This document shows positions 50,787-60,053 of a stretch of DNA of 64,000 nt, piece by piece. Within the stretch, counting starts at the first letter, position 1, and the number at the start of each line of letters is the position of its first letter. A program made the position numbers and the translations under genes. The notes beneath the pieces were generated by a model that saw only the letters and a list, made by a program, of their open reading frames with translations, made no database searches and was not told the DNA's origin. The stretch lies in the sequence record SRR31156797_1995. One strand, given 5' to 3'.

Positions 50787-50890
50787 GACCTTTTCGTCTT
50801 TTATTCGATATTTGATATCTTGAAACATTTCAAAATTAATACATTTGTTTAAGTGACAACAAAAATCAGATAAGAACAACAAACAACTCT

Positions 50891-53746
50891 ATGGATAAAT
50901 TTAGTTTTTTAGGTAATAGTGAAATCGAATATATAGATGAGCTCTACCAATCCTATAAAAATGATCCCGAATCTGTCGAGGAAAGTTGGAGAACTTTTTT
51001 CCAGGGTTTTGATTTTGCATCGGCTAAATTTCCGGTTAAGCAAACTTCGGTTTCAGATCATAAACCTGCAGGCGAATCGATGAGCAAAGAATTCAATGTA
51101 ATGAATTTAATTCAAGCTTATCGTCAGCGTGGACACCTGTTCACAAAGACAAACCCAGTTCGTACCCGTAGAAAATATTTCCCTACTCTTGATATCGAAA
51201 ATTTCGATTTATCCGAATCCGATTTAGATACCCCATTTCATGCTGGTAAAGAAATTGGAATTGGAGTTGCTAAATTGAAAGATATCGTGGCTCACCTACA
51301 AGAAACCTATTGTAAATCGATTGGTGCTGAATATGTATTTGTGAGACATCCACAAATGTTACGATGGTTGCAAAAAAAGATGGAGAGCACCAAGAATACT
51401 CCACAATTTACTGAAGAACAACGCAAGCACATTTACTATCATCTGAAAATGGCTGTTGGATTTGAAAATTACATTCACAAAAAATTCGTTGGTCAGAAAC
51501 GGTTTTCATTGGAAGGTGCCGAAACCTTAATTCCTGCTTTGGATGCCATGATTGAACGTGGAGCCGAACTTGGAGTTCAGGAATTCATTTTTGGAATGGC
51601 ACATCGCGGAAGACTAAATATTCTCGCTAATATTTTGGAGAAACCTTACGAAAATATCTTTAAAGAATTTGTTGGTGAGGAATTCGAAGAGGACATTGCT
51701 TTAGGTGATGTAAAATATCATTTGGGCTATGGCAATACCGTTAAAACGGATGATGGAAGTGAAGTAAAATTGCATTTGGCTCCAAATCCATCGCATTTGG
51801 AAACAGTTGGTGCTGTTGTTCAGGGAATTTCTCGATCAAAAATAGATAACGATTATTCCGGGGATCAGGATAAACTTGTTCCTGTTGTGATACATGGAGA
51901 TGCTGCTATTGCCGGTCAGGGAATTGTTTACGAAACAGTTCAAATGTCTCAGCTGAAAGGATACAAAACAGGTGGAACCATCCATTTGGTCATCAACAAT
52001 CAGGTTGGATTTACAACCAATTACCTGGATGCCAGATCGAGTACGTATTGTACCGATGTTGCGAAAGTAACACGATCTCCTGTTTTCCATGTAAATGGTG
52101 ATGATGTGGAAGCACTAATTTTCACCATTAAATTAGCAATGGAATATCGTCAGGAATTCAATACCGATGTTTTCATTGATATTCTTTCGTACAGAAAATA
52201 TGGACACAACGAAGGAGACGAACCTCGTTTTACACAACCAATATTGTATAAGGAAATTGCTAAACACAAGAATCCAAGAGATCTATATGCAAATCACCTT
52301 ATCGAAAAAGGAGTTTACTCATCATCGGAAATTAAAGGCATAAACACGGATTACAACAAATTGTTGGATGACAAATTTGAGCTTTCAAAAACATTCGACA
52401 AGGTTACCATTCAACCATTCTTAGATAATTATTACGAAGGGATAAGATATTCTTGTGATTCTGATTTTGTAAGCTCACCAGAGACTGGTGTAAATAAAAA
52501 ATCTTTACTGGAACTGGCTGATAAAATTACCAATCTGCCTGATGATCTGCATTTTTTCAAAAAAATCGGCAAACTAATGTCCGATAGAAAAAATATGGTT
52601 ACCAATGACCGAATGGACTGGGCAATGGGTGAGCTATTGGCTTATTCGAGTTTGTTATCTGAAGGTAATTCGGTTAGAATTAGCGGACAGGATTCGGAAC
52701 GAGGAACTTTCTCTCACCGTCATGCAGCTTTGGTTATCGAAGAGACAGATAAAAAATATTTCCCTCTTAAAAATATAGATAAAGATCAGGCTCCATTTCA
52801 TGTTTACAACTCATCCTTGAGTGAATATGGCGTGCTTGGTTATGAATATGGATATGCGATGGCACATCCTTCTGGATTGACCATTTGGGAAGCTCAATTT
52901 GGTGATTTCCATAATGTGGCTCAGGCAGTAATTGATCAATACATCAGTGCAGCAGAGGACAAGTGGGGTATTAAAAATGGCTTGGTCATGTATCTTCCTC
53001 ATGGTTATGAAGGACAAGGTGCAGAGCACTCCAGTGCAAGAATGGAACGTTTCCTTACTCTTTGTGCCAACAACAACATGCAAATTACCAATCCTACAAC
53101 TCCTGCCAACTTGTTTCACATGTTAAGACGACAGGTGAAGCGTGAGATTCGTGTACCGTTAATATGCTTCTCGCCTAAAAGTTTACTGCGTCACCCAGCT
53201 TGCGTGTCAAGCATGGATGAAATGGCAAAAGGGCATTTTCAGGAGGCAATTGATGATGACAATGTGATTGCTGAAGAGGTAAGAAGAGTAGTTTTCTGTT
53301 CGGGTAAGGTCTATTACGATTTGTTAGCTCAAAAAGAAAAACTGAATGCTCAGGATATTGCTTTGGTGCGTATCGAACAATTGTATCCTTTCCCACACAA
53401 ACAGGTTGATCAAATTTTAGAAAGATATCCAAACGCAATCCTCCATCTTTGGGTTCAGGAAGAGCCTGAAAATATGGGAGCTTGGCAGTTTGTAAATTAC
53501 GAGTTCAAGTACAAGGAAGTGAAATTGGTTCCTGTTGCGCGTCAGGCTAGTGGTAGTCCTGCAACTGGATTGGCTAAAATTCACATGCTTGGACAGAACG
53601 AAATCATCAACAAGGTATTTAGAAAGTGTGATTGTGATCGCAAACTAAAATATTGCGGATTGCAATGTGTTGAAGGAAGTTCACATGAAGAAATCCTTCA
53701 AACTCACGAATATTTCGAAGAAAAAAAGAGCAAGTTGTTAATGTAG
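50891..53746 (+). CDS. sucA: 2-oxoglutarate dehydrogenase E1
   Basis: [52 protein letters not shown]. Confidence 0.98.
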   Translation: MDKFSFLGNSEIEYIDELYQSYKNDPESVEESWRTFFQGFDFASAKFPVKQTSVSDHKPAGESMSKEFNVMNLIQAYRQRGHLFTKTNPVRTRRKYFPTLDIENFDLSESDLDTPFHAGKEIGIGVAKLKDIVAHLQETYCKSIGAEYVFVRHPQMLRWLQKKMESTKNTPQFTEEQRKHIYYHLKMAVGFENYIHKKFVGQKRFSLEGAETLIPALDAMIERGAELGVQEFIFGMAHRGRLNILANILEKPYENIFKEFVGEEFEEDIALGDVKYHLGYGNTVKTDDGSEVKLHLAPNPSHLETVGAVVQGISRSKIDNDYSGDQDKLVPVVIHGDAAIAGQGIVYETVQMSQLKGYKTGGTIHLVINNQVGFTTNYLDARSSTYCTDVAKVTRSPVFHVNGDDVEALIFTIKLAMEYRQEFNTDVFIDILSYRKYGHNEGDEPRFTQPILYKEIAKHKNPRDLYANHLIEKGVYSSSEIKGINTDYNKLLDDKFELSKTFDKVTIQPFLDNYYEGIRYSCDSDFVSSPETGVNKKSLLELADKITNLPDDLHFFKKIGKLMSDRKNMVTNDRMDWAMGELLAYSSLLSEGNSVRISGQDSERGTFSHRHAALVIEETDKKYFPLKNIDKDQAPFHVYNSSLSEYGVLGYEYGYAMAHPSGLTIWEAQFGDFHNVAQAVIDQYISAAEDKWGIKNGLVMYLPHGYEGQGAEHSSARMERFLTLCANNNMQITNPTTPANLFHMLRRQVKREIRVPLICFSPKSLLRHPACVSSMDEMAKGHFQEAIDDDNVIAEEVRRVVFCSGKVYYDLLAQKEKLNAQDIALVRIEQLYPFPHKQVDQILERYPNAILHLWVQEEPENMGAWQFVNYEFKYKEVKLVPVARQASGSPATGLAKIHMLGQNEIINKVFRKCDCDRKLKYCGLQCVEGSSHEEILQTHEYFEEKKSKLLM

Positions 53747-53771
53747 ATTACTATCAAGAAAACATATTCAA

Positions 53772-55007
53772 ATGATTGAAATAAAAATACCTAGTCCGGG
53801 AGAATCCATTTCCGAAGTAGAAATAGCCAGTTGGTTTGTTGCCGATGGTGATATTGTTGAGAAAGATCAAGACATTGCTGAGATTGAATCAGACAAAGCC
53901 ACTCTTACTCTTGTTGCTGATGAAGGAGGAAAAATCCAGATTCTAGCGCAAGAAGGCGATACTGTTGAAGTCGGATCTGTTGCTTGTAATATAGACACCA
54001 GCTTTGCAGGAGAAGCTCCGGCAGCAAAATCTGAATCTAAAAAAGAGGATGCTCCAGCTAAAGTTGCAGAGCCTGCAGCTACTGAAACCAAAAAAGTAGA
54101 ATCAGATAATTTCAAGGATGTAAAAATCTCTCCTATTGCAAAAAAGCTAATGGAAGAGAATCAACTTTCGGTTGATGATGTAATTGCAGGATTACAGAGA
54201 TTATCGAAAAAAGACATTCAAGCGGTAGTCGAAAACAAAAACAATCAGCCTGTTGTTGCTGAACCAAAAAGTATTTCTCGCGATCAGAAGCGTACAAAAA
54301 TGACCAATCTTCGAAAGAAGTTGAGTGCACGCTTGGTATCGGTAAAGAACGAAACTGCTATGTTGACCACTTTTAACGAGGTGGACATGAGTGCAGTTAT
54401 GGAAATGAGAAAAAAATACCAGAAGAAGTTTGTGGAAACTCACGATATCAAACTGGGATTCATGTCCTTTTTTACAAAAGCAGCTTCAGAAGCTTTAAAA
54501 TTGCATCCGGCAGTTAACTCAATGATTGATGGAGATGAAATTATAACACCTGAATATGCTGATATTGCCATTGCAGTTCAAACTCCTAAAGGATTAATGG
54601 TTCCTGTAATCAGAAATACCGAGAGCTTAGGTCTAGCCGATATTGAAAAGAACTTAATGGCTTTGGCAAACAAAGCTCGCACAGGTAAAATTAGCCTGGA
54701 TGAAATGACTGGCGGTACTTTTACCATCACCAATGGTGGTGTTTTTGGTTCTTTACTAAGTACACCAATTATCAATCCTCCCCAATCGGGTATATTAGGA
54801 ATGCACAATATCGTGGAACGTCCTGTTGCTGTAAATGGCAAAGTGGAAATTCGCCCAATGATGTACATTGCCTTATCCTACGATCACCGTGTGATTGATG
54901 GTAAGGATTCGGTTGGTTTCCTTGTAAAAATTAAAGAAATGATTGAAAACCCACACAAGATGCTATTCGATGGTAAAGATCCGGATAGTTTGTTGTTGGG
55001 ATTATAA
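53772..55007 (+). CDS. sucB: 2-oxoglutarate dehydrogenase E2 (dihydrolipoyl succinyltransferase)
   Basis: Lipoyl motif [21 protein letters not shown]. Confidence 0.97.
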   Translation: MIEIKIPSPGESISEVEIASWFVADGDIVEKDQDIAEIESDKATLTLVADEGGKIQILAQEGDTVEVGSVACNIDTSFAGEAPAAKSESKKEDAPAKVAEPAATETKKVESDNFKDVKISPIAKKLMEENQLSVDDVIAGLQRLSKKDIQAVVENKNNQPVVAEPKSISRDQKRTKMTNLRKKLSARLVSVKNETAMLTTFNEVDMSAVMEMRKKYQKKFVETHDIKLGFMSFFTKAASEALKLHPAVNSMIDGDEIITPEYADIAIAVQTPKGLMVPVIRNTESLGLADIEKNLMALANKARTGKISLDEMTGGTFTITNGGVFGSLLSTPIINPPQSGILGMHNIVERPVAVNGKVEIRPMMYIALSYDHRVIDGKDSVGFLVKIKEMIENPHKMLFDGKDPDSLLLGL

Positions 55008-55028
55008 TATTTAATTTACCCATACCTT

Positions 55029-55058
55029 AGGGACATGCCATGGCATGTCCCTTTTTTT
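55029..55058 (+). terminator. sucAB terminator formed by a 24-bp perfect palindrome
   Basis: AGGGACATGCCATGGCATGTCCCT followed by a T tract. Confidence 0.8.
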
Positions 55059-55129
55059 ATTTCCAAAGCATTTATCCTTCATTATTTTTTCCTAATTTCG
55101 CACACAAATTCAAGCCATTACAAAAGGTC

Positions 55130-55168
55130 ATGAGATTTAAAAAAGAATTAAGAAAAAGATACCCGTGA
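55130..55168 (+). CDS. Putative leader peptide (12 aa) upstream of the YitT gene
   Basis: ATG AGA TTT AAA AAA GAA TTA AGA AAA AGA TAC CCG TGA = MRFKKELRKRYP; -7-like TAATTTCG at 55093-55100. Confidence 0.4.
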   Translation: MRFKKELRKRYP

Positions 55169-55341
55169 ATATTACTAAGGATGTTGCCTCAATGTCCTTC
55201 CAATAGCTATGCTTTTCTCCATAGCTCTAATCTTACATTTATTTATTGTATTTAAAAGTTCCGACATCAATAGTGTCGTAGCTAATTGTATGCGCACATT
55301 TTTAATTCTGCCAAAGAAAAATCCTTTGGCTATAAAATCGT

Positions 55342-56235
55342 ATGATCATGCCTCAATATAAAAAGAAGTCATTTCCACAGGAGAAATTATTCTCATCCTT
55401 ATGGTTTCGTAACTACTCTTTAATTGTTTTCGGATCCCTTTTAGTAGCTCTTGGCTACAATTTTTTCATTATGCCACACAAATTGGTTCCCGGTGGCGTA
55501 TTTGGTTTTAGTATCATCTTAAATCAACTGATTGATTTCCCTGTAGGAACCATAGCTCTTTGCATTAACATTCCTTTGCTTGCCTGGGGCATTAAAATTC
55601 TGGGTGGTAAGTTTGGCATAAAAACCATACTAGCTATGGTATTGGGATCTGTCTTTATCGACGGATTAACCTATCTATGCGGAAATCCAATCATCACAAA
55701 AGATTTGCTGGTATCCTCGATGTTCGGAGGAGCTATAATAGGTTTAGGAATTGGATTGGTTGTGACAGCAGGAGCCACAACAGGAGGAACGGATATCATA
55801 GCCCGTATTTTCTCAAAATGGTTCCGCCTTTCATTAGGACAAATGTTTATTGCCATTGATGGAGTAATTGTTTTAACGAGTATTCTCGTATTTAAGGATA
55901 TTGATTTAGCGCCCTATTGTATCATTGCCATCCTGTGTATTTCCAAAACCGTTGATGCCGTTTTAATGGGTATGGATGCCAAGAAAGCTGCCTTAATTAT
56001 CTCCGATAAGCACAACGAAATAAGAGATCGAATATTAGATATGGACAGAGGCGGAACCTACCTAAAAGGAGAAGGCTTATTCCACAAAGATCAGAAGAAA
56101 ATCATCTTTACAGCTCTTAACAGAAAAGAGCTAGGTTTGCTTGAGTCTTTCGTGAAAGGAATCGATCCGGAAGCATTCATTGCTACACTCAACACCAATG
56201 ATGTGTATGGAAATGGTTTTAAGCCGATAAATTAA
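55342..56235 (+). CDS. YitT family membrane protein (DUF161 + DUF2179)
   Basis: LVPGGVFG, NIPL, GATTGGTDI, DRGGT..GEG, IDPEAFI, VYGNGF. Confidence 0.92.
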   Translation: MIMPQYKKKSFPQEKLFSSLWFRNYSLIVFGSLLVALGYNFFIMPHKLVPGGVFGFSIILNQLIDFPVGTIALCINIPLLAWGIKILGGKFGIKTILAMVLGSVFIDGLTYLCGNPIITKDLLVSSMFGGAIIGLGIGLVVTAGATTGGTDIIARIFSKWFRLSLGQMFIAIDGVIVLTSILVFKDIDLAPYCIIAILCISKTVDAVLMGMDAKKAALIISDKHNEIRDRILDMDRGGTYLKGEGLFHKDQKKIIFTALNRKELGLLESFVKGIDPEAFIATLNTNDVYGNGFKPIN

Positions 56236-56372
56236 CAAATAAAAAAGTAATTACGTTAACTATCATTATTTTTTTCCATATACACACTATTTAAATATAA
56301 TTTTACAAAATAAATATTTTGGCATACTATTTGATACAAGCATAAATCATAAAACCCAAAAAATAACTTATC

Positions 56373-57692
56373 ATGAAAGTAAAATTATTAGTAGGATTAT
56401 TATTAATCTCTTTACAAGGAATAGCTAACAATTCAAGCGATAGTTTCTGGTCTGAAAAATGGAAAGAAGCTACTGCCAATTACGATAATTCTGACAACAA
56501 TTATCAAACTATGCTGCACAATCACAATTGGCATTATAAAAATCGACAGCTATTGCATGAGTCAGCACAAGACTATCTTTTCCAATTGGAAACTCAAAAT
56601 GCCTATTACGTTGATCCAGAGTTAGAAGATTATCTATACCAATTGATTTATCAAATTCATCCGAACGTTTTTCCTAAACAGCAAAAAGTTCATTTAAATG
56701 TTAAAATGATAAAATCTGCTATTCCTGAAGCATTTTCATTTACTAATGGAACAATTCTAATAAGTACAGGAATGCTATCACTTCTACAATCTGAAGATGA
56801 ATTGATTGCCATTCTTGCGAGGGAAATTGCTCACTTAACCTTAGATCATAATGTCAAAGAATATACTGCATTACAAACTAAAAAGACGATTTCAACAATT
56901 ATCGGAACCGGTTTATACGTGGCTAGTACTGTAAATTCTTTAGATAAAGGAGATAGTTTTTGGGAAGCCGATTATCTTGGTAGTGTTGTAGGAGCAGGGT
57001 CAGAACTACTATCGTATGGATTGTTAAGTGCTTTAGGTGTTGGTTACAACCGATCAAGAACCTACGAAGCCGATAAAATTGCACAAGAATGGATGATAAA
57101 CAATCAACGTAATCCTTATGCCCTACCACAAGCAATCAGAAGATTACAATTTTTTGAATTACAACAAAGAGGAACAAGCTTAGCTCTTGATGATAATCGA
57201 TTCTTTTTAACCAATCGTTTTAAGAATATTGTAAATAAAAGAAAATCCAAATTAAAACTTTCTGAATTTAACTCAGAAATCATAGATATCAACTACGATA
57301 CGAAAATCTCAGATTGTCTGAAAACCACTTCGAAATTACTTGTTGCAGATGAGATGTATACAGAAGCCATTCCTTATCTTAATCGTTCGATAGAATCAAA
57401 TTGGACTGCTGGAGAAACGTACCTACTCAAGGCAATTGCAATGCGCCACACAAAATACTCTAATGCTGACAACCAAACAATGCTTTCATTGTTGGAAAAA
57501 GCGAAAGAAAATGCCATAATCGATTTACCATGGATATGGTCAGAAGAAGGAATAATTCAGCTGAGATTAAAAGAAGATGACAAAGCTCTGGGAGCATTTA
57601 CAAAATTTGAGGAATTCTTCTCAGAAGAACAATCACCAACTGCTTTTTGGGCACGAAAAATGATTGCCAAATTGAATAAAAGAGTAAATTAA
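56373..57692 (+). CDS. M48 peptidase-like exported protein with a degenerate zinc motif and C-terminal TPR-like helices
   Basis: PEAFSFTNGTILISTGML..LQSEDELIAILAREIAH, YEADK. Confidence 0.75.
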   Translation: MKVKLLVGLLLISLQGIANNSSDSFWSEKWKEATANYDNSDNNYQTMLHNHNWHYKNRQLLHESAQDYLFQLETQNAYYVDPELEDYLYQLIYQIHPNVFPKQQKVHLNVKMIKSAIPEAFSFTNGTILISTGMLSLLQSEDELIAILAREIAHLTLDHNVKEYTALQTKKTISTIIGTGLYVASTVNSLDKGDSFWEADYLGSVVGAGSELLSYGLLSALGVGYNRSRTYEADKIAQEWMINNQRNPYALPQAIRRLQFFELQQRGTSLALDDNRFFLTNRFKNIVNKRKSKLKLSEFNSEIIDINYDTKISDCLKTTSKLLVADEMYTEAIPYLNRSIESNWTAGETYLLKAIAMRHTKYSNADNQTMLSLLEKAKENAIIDLPWIWSEEGIIQLRLKEDDKALGAFTKFEEFFSEEQSPTAFWARKMIAKLNKRVN

Positions 57693-57710
57693 TAAATAGA
57701 ACCTGATACA

Positions 57711-57747
57711 AAAAGAGGCTGTCTCAATTTTTGAGACAGCCTCTTTT
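57711..57747. terminator. Bidirectional terminator / REP-like hairpin
   Basis: 17-bp stem AAAAGAGGCTGTCTCAA-TTT-TTGAGACAGCCTCTTTT between convergent genes. Confidence 0.8.
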
Positions 57748-57759
57748 GATATTATTAAT

Positions 57760-58491
57760 TTAATCTTCAATAGGAGTTTCTTCCTCTTCTTTATGGCTTC
57801 TGGCAACAATCACAGCATTGTACTTTTCAATTAAACTATTGGTTAATTTTATAATATTAGCATACTCTACCCCTTCGCCAATAGTAACGAAAGCTTCTAT
57901 TCTATCCGTTAACACACCATAGGCTTCGTTAATTTGTTTCCGTAAATCCACTATCTTCACTTCGGGAGCTTCAGCATTTTCTTTCACACGCTCCAAATAG
58001 TCTGTATTAAATTTGGTATTTGATGTGTCCAACTCATTCATCCAATTGGTCAAACCTAACTTACTTAAGGCATCGGTATAAATTGCTTCTCGTTTCCATT
58101 CTTCAACAATAGAATCGATAATTGCAGTTTCAGCCTGATAATTTTGTTTGGCTATACCAGTACCATACTTTTTTATCGAAGGTAATAAAACATTAGCTGC
58201 ACCTTTTACTTCCACATCGTAATGATATGTATATGCAAATATCGCAGATTGTATCCCATTAATAGCCTTATCCCTTCTTTCATCGTCTTCTTGCAGAAGC
58301 TTTGTTAATGCACTACCCCTATCAGGCATATACAAGGCAATCATATTCTCAATCAAAGCTGAGAGACTATCCGATTGTGTTTTAATCTTTAGAATTTCAA
58401 GATCTTTTTCGCTTAAAATCTCTAAAAAATTACGAATAAACTGAATGTATTCGTTGTGACGTAAGTTTGCCAAATGAACTGATTCAAACAT
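57760..58491 (-). CDS. DUF6261 family helical protein
   Basis: LRHNEYIQF, DDERRDKA, YGTGIAKQNYQAET, LGLTNWMNEL..N..F pattern. Confidence 0.78.
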   Translation of the reverse strand: MFESVHLANLRHNEYIQFIRNFLEILSEKDLEILKIKTQSDSLSALIENMIALYMPDRGSALTKLLQEDDERRDKAINGIQSAIFAYTYHYDVEVKGAANVLLPSIKKYGTGIAKQNYQAETAIIDSIVEEWKREAIYTDALSKLGLTNWMNELDTSNTKFNTDYLERVKENAEAPEVKIVDLRKQINEAYGVLTDRIEAFVTIGEGVEYANIIKLTNSLIEKYNAVIVARSHKEEEETPIED

Positions 58492-58653
58492 AAGTATAAA
58501 TTTTAATTTAAATAATAGTTATTTGAATTTAGCAATTATTACGATAACTAAAAAATAATTTCATTATTTTTAATTACATCAATATCAGAAGAAAGCAAAC
58601 AAATACAATAAATAAAAGAACAAATAATACGATATAAATAGCCTCAAAAACTT

Positions 58654-58812
58654 GTGAATACTTGCTCTACCTGGCATTACAAATTCACCACATTGTGAAA
58701 AGCTTGCGCCAGTGGCAGCATACTTTCACAAGTCAAAATTTTTCTCCTGCCACCAGCGACATATTTTCACCACTCCGTGAAAGTTTGTTTCCCACGAGAT
58801 ACATGTTTTCAC
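58654..58812. repeat. Array of four degenerate palindromic units with about 41-bp period
   Basis: TTCAC ends at 58688, 58729, 58770 and 58812; GTGAA starts at 58654, 58695 and 58777. Confidence 0.7.
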
Positions 58813-58934
58813 AACAAAGAATTAGTTATCTGCTATAGGAAGGGAGAAATCTCGAAGATAGTTTGATTCCACTATCCATTTTTTAATTGCGTAATGATTA
58901 CTCACTGCTCATTGCAATAGTTGACGGTAACTGC

Positions 58935-59582
58935 TTATTCCAAATTCAAATAATTAATTGCAGTCCAGTGAAGGGGATGTTTAGAATCAATAATAATCAC
59001 GTAAAAACTCCCACGAGCCTTATATAGGACAACAACAGAAGGAATTTTTTCTTGATAATCAAAAAGAATTTGATGTTCTCTATTTTCATTACAAAAGGAC
59101 ATTTTATTTATATCGGCAGAAAACCCCTTATAATTAGCTCCTTCAAATCTTTTGCGTATTTCTGATTGTTTATCTAAATGTATACTAAAAGCATTATTAA
59201 AAGAATAACCATATTTTGCTTTAACTCTACGTTTGGTTTTACTATCAAATATTTCTCCTGAATTAAAATTAACTTTGTTTAAATTAAATTTCTCATCAAC
59301 AAAAATGTTATCAAGATCTATTTTACCTAAATCCTTAAATTCCCAAATTGTTATTCTATAATCTTTTTTATATCTGATTAAAGAACGAACTGCACTTTTT
59401 TTTACATTACTACGACCAATATCAACATATTTCTCAGAATCCTTTAAAAGCCACAAATACTCTTTCCATTTCTCCCTACTCATAGAATGACCATACCTCA
59501 AATATTCATAAGCAAAAAATGCAACACATGATATTACCAAAGCTATAGCCCCTGAGACTATTATTTTAACTATTTTATTCAT
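58935..59582 (-). CDS. Hypothetical membrane-anchored protein
   Basis: 215 aa with a single N-terminal TM helix; AT-rich. Confidence 0.65.
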   Translation of the reverse strand: MNKIVKIIVSGAIALVISCVAFFAYEYLRYGHSMSREKWKEYLWLLKDSEKYVDIGRSNVKKSAVRSLIRYKKDYRITIWEFKDLGKIDLDNIFVDEKFNLNKVNFNSGEIFDSKTKRRVKAKYGYSFNNAFSIHLDKQSEIRKRFEGANYKGFSADINKMSFCNENREHQILFDYQEKIPSVVVLYKARGSFYVIIIDSKHPLHWTAINYLNLE

Positions 59583-59663
59583 TATAGCAGAAGCTTTATT
59601 TATTTTTTATAAAGTTATGAAAAACAAGTAAAGTTCAATTGAATTTAAAGAAAAGGTGATAAG

Positions 59664-59989
59664 TTGAGGGTCTCACTTGTAGTGAGGTTAGACCTACCCT
59701 GACAGTTGCAGTTGGCTTATAGTCGGATCATGACCATATTCTCCTTGTTTATGTTCTTTTTGAATCCATCGGATTCTAATGTTTATAGATATAAATTTTA
59801 TAAAAGACATACGACTCCAATGGAGTCGCATATATACAATTTTATATCTTCTATAAACATGTAATCCCAATGGGATTAATTCCATTGTATTTTGAGATTC
59901 TCACTTCAAGTGAGGTTCTCAATAAAAATACCATTTTTACAATTAGTCATACCCCGACATTTACAGCTTGCATGTAGTCGGAGCATGAC
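59664..59989. repeat. Cluster of REP/REPIN-like palindromic elements
   Basis: Two CTCACTT..AGTGAGG hairpins, two (GTCA)TACCC(C/T)GAC...GTCGGA.CATGAC elements, and a central composite inverted repeat at 59762-59877. Confidence 0.7.
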
Positions 59990-60053
59990 GGCATAAAAAA
60001 CCGCCAACTCTTTTCTAAAAAAACTGACGGTTAAATATATCGTGTTAAAACTA

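Noticed and set aside
58654..58812. CRISPR array interpretation of the 41-bp repeat
   Set aside because: The conserved part is only about 16-18 nt and degenerate, the interiors resemble each other, the period is too short, and no cas genes are present.
58823..58933. Possible further degenerate inverted-repeat element next to the 41-bp array
   Set aside because: Arm complementarity (AGTTATC...GGTAACT) is too weak to support by eye.
59694..59885. 63-aa minus-strand ORF in the track
   Set aside because: It coincides with the palindromic element and is most likely a chance reading frame.
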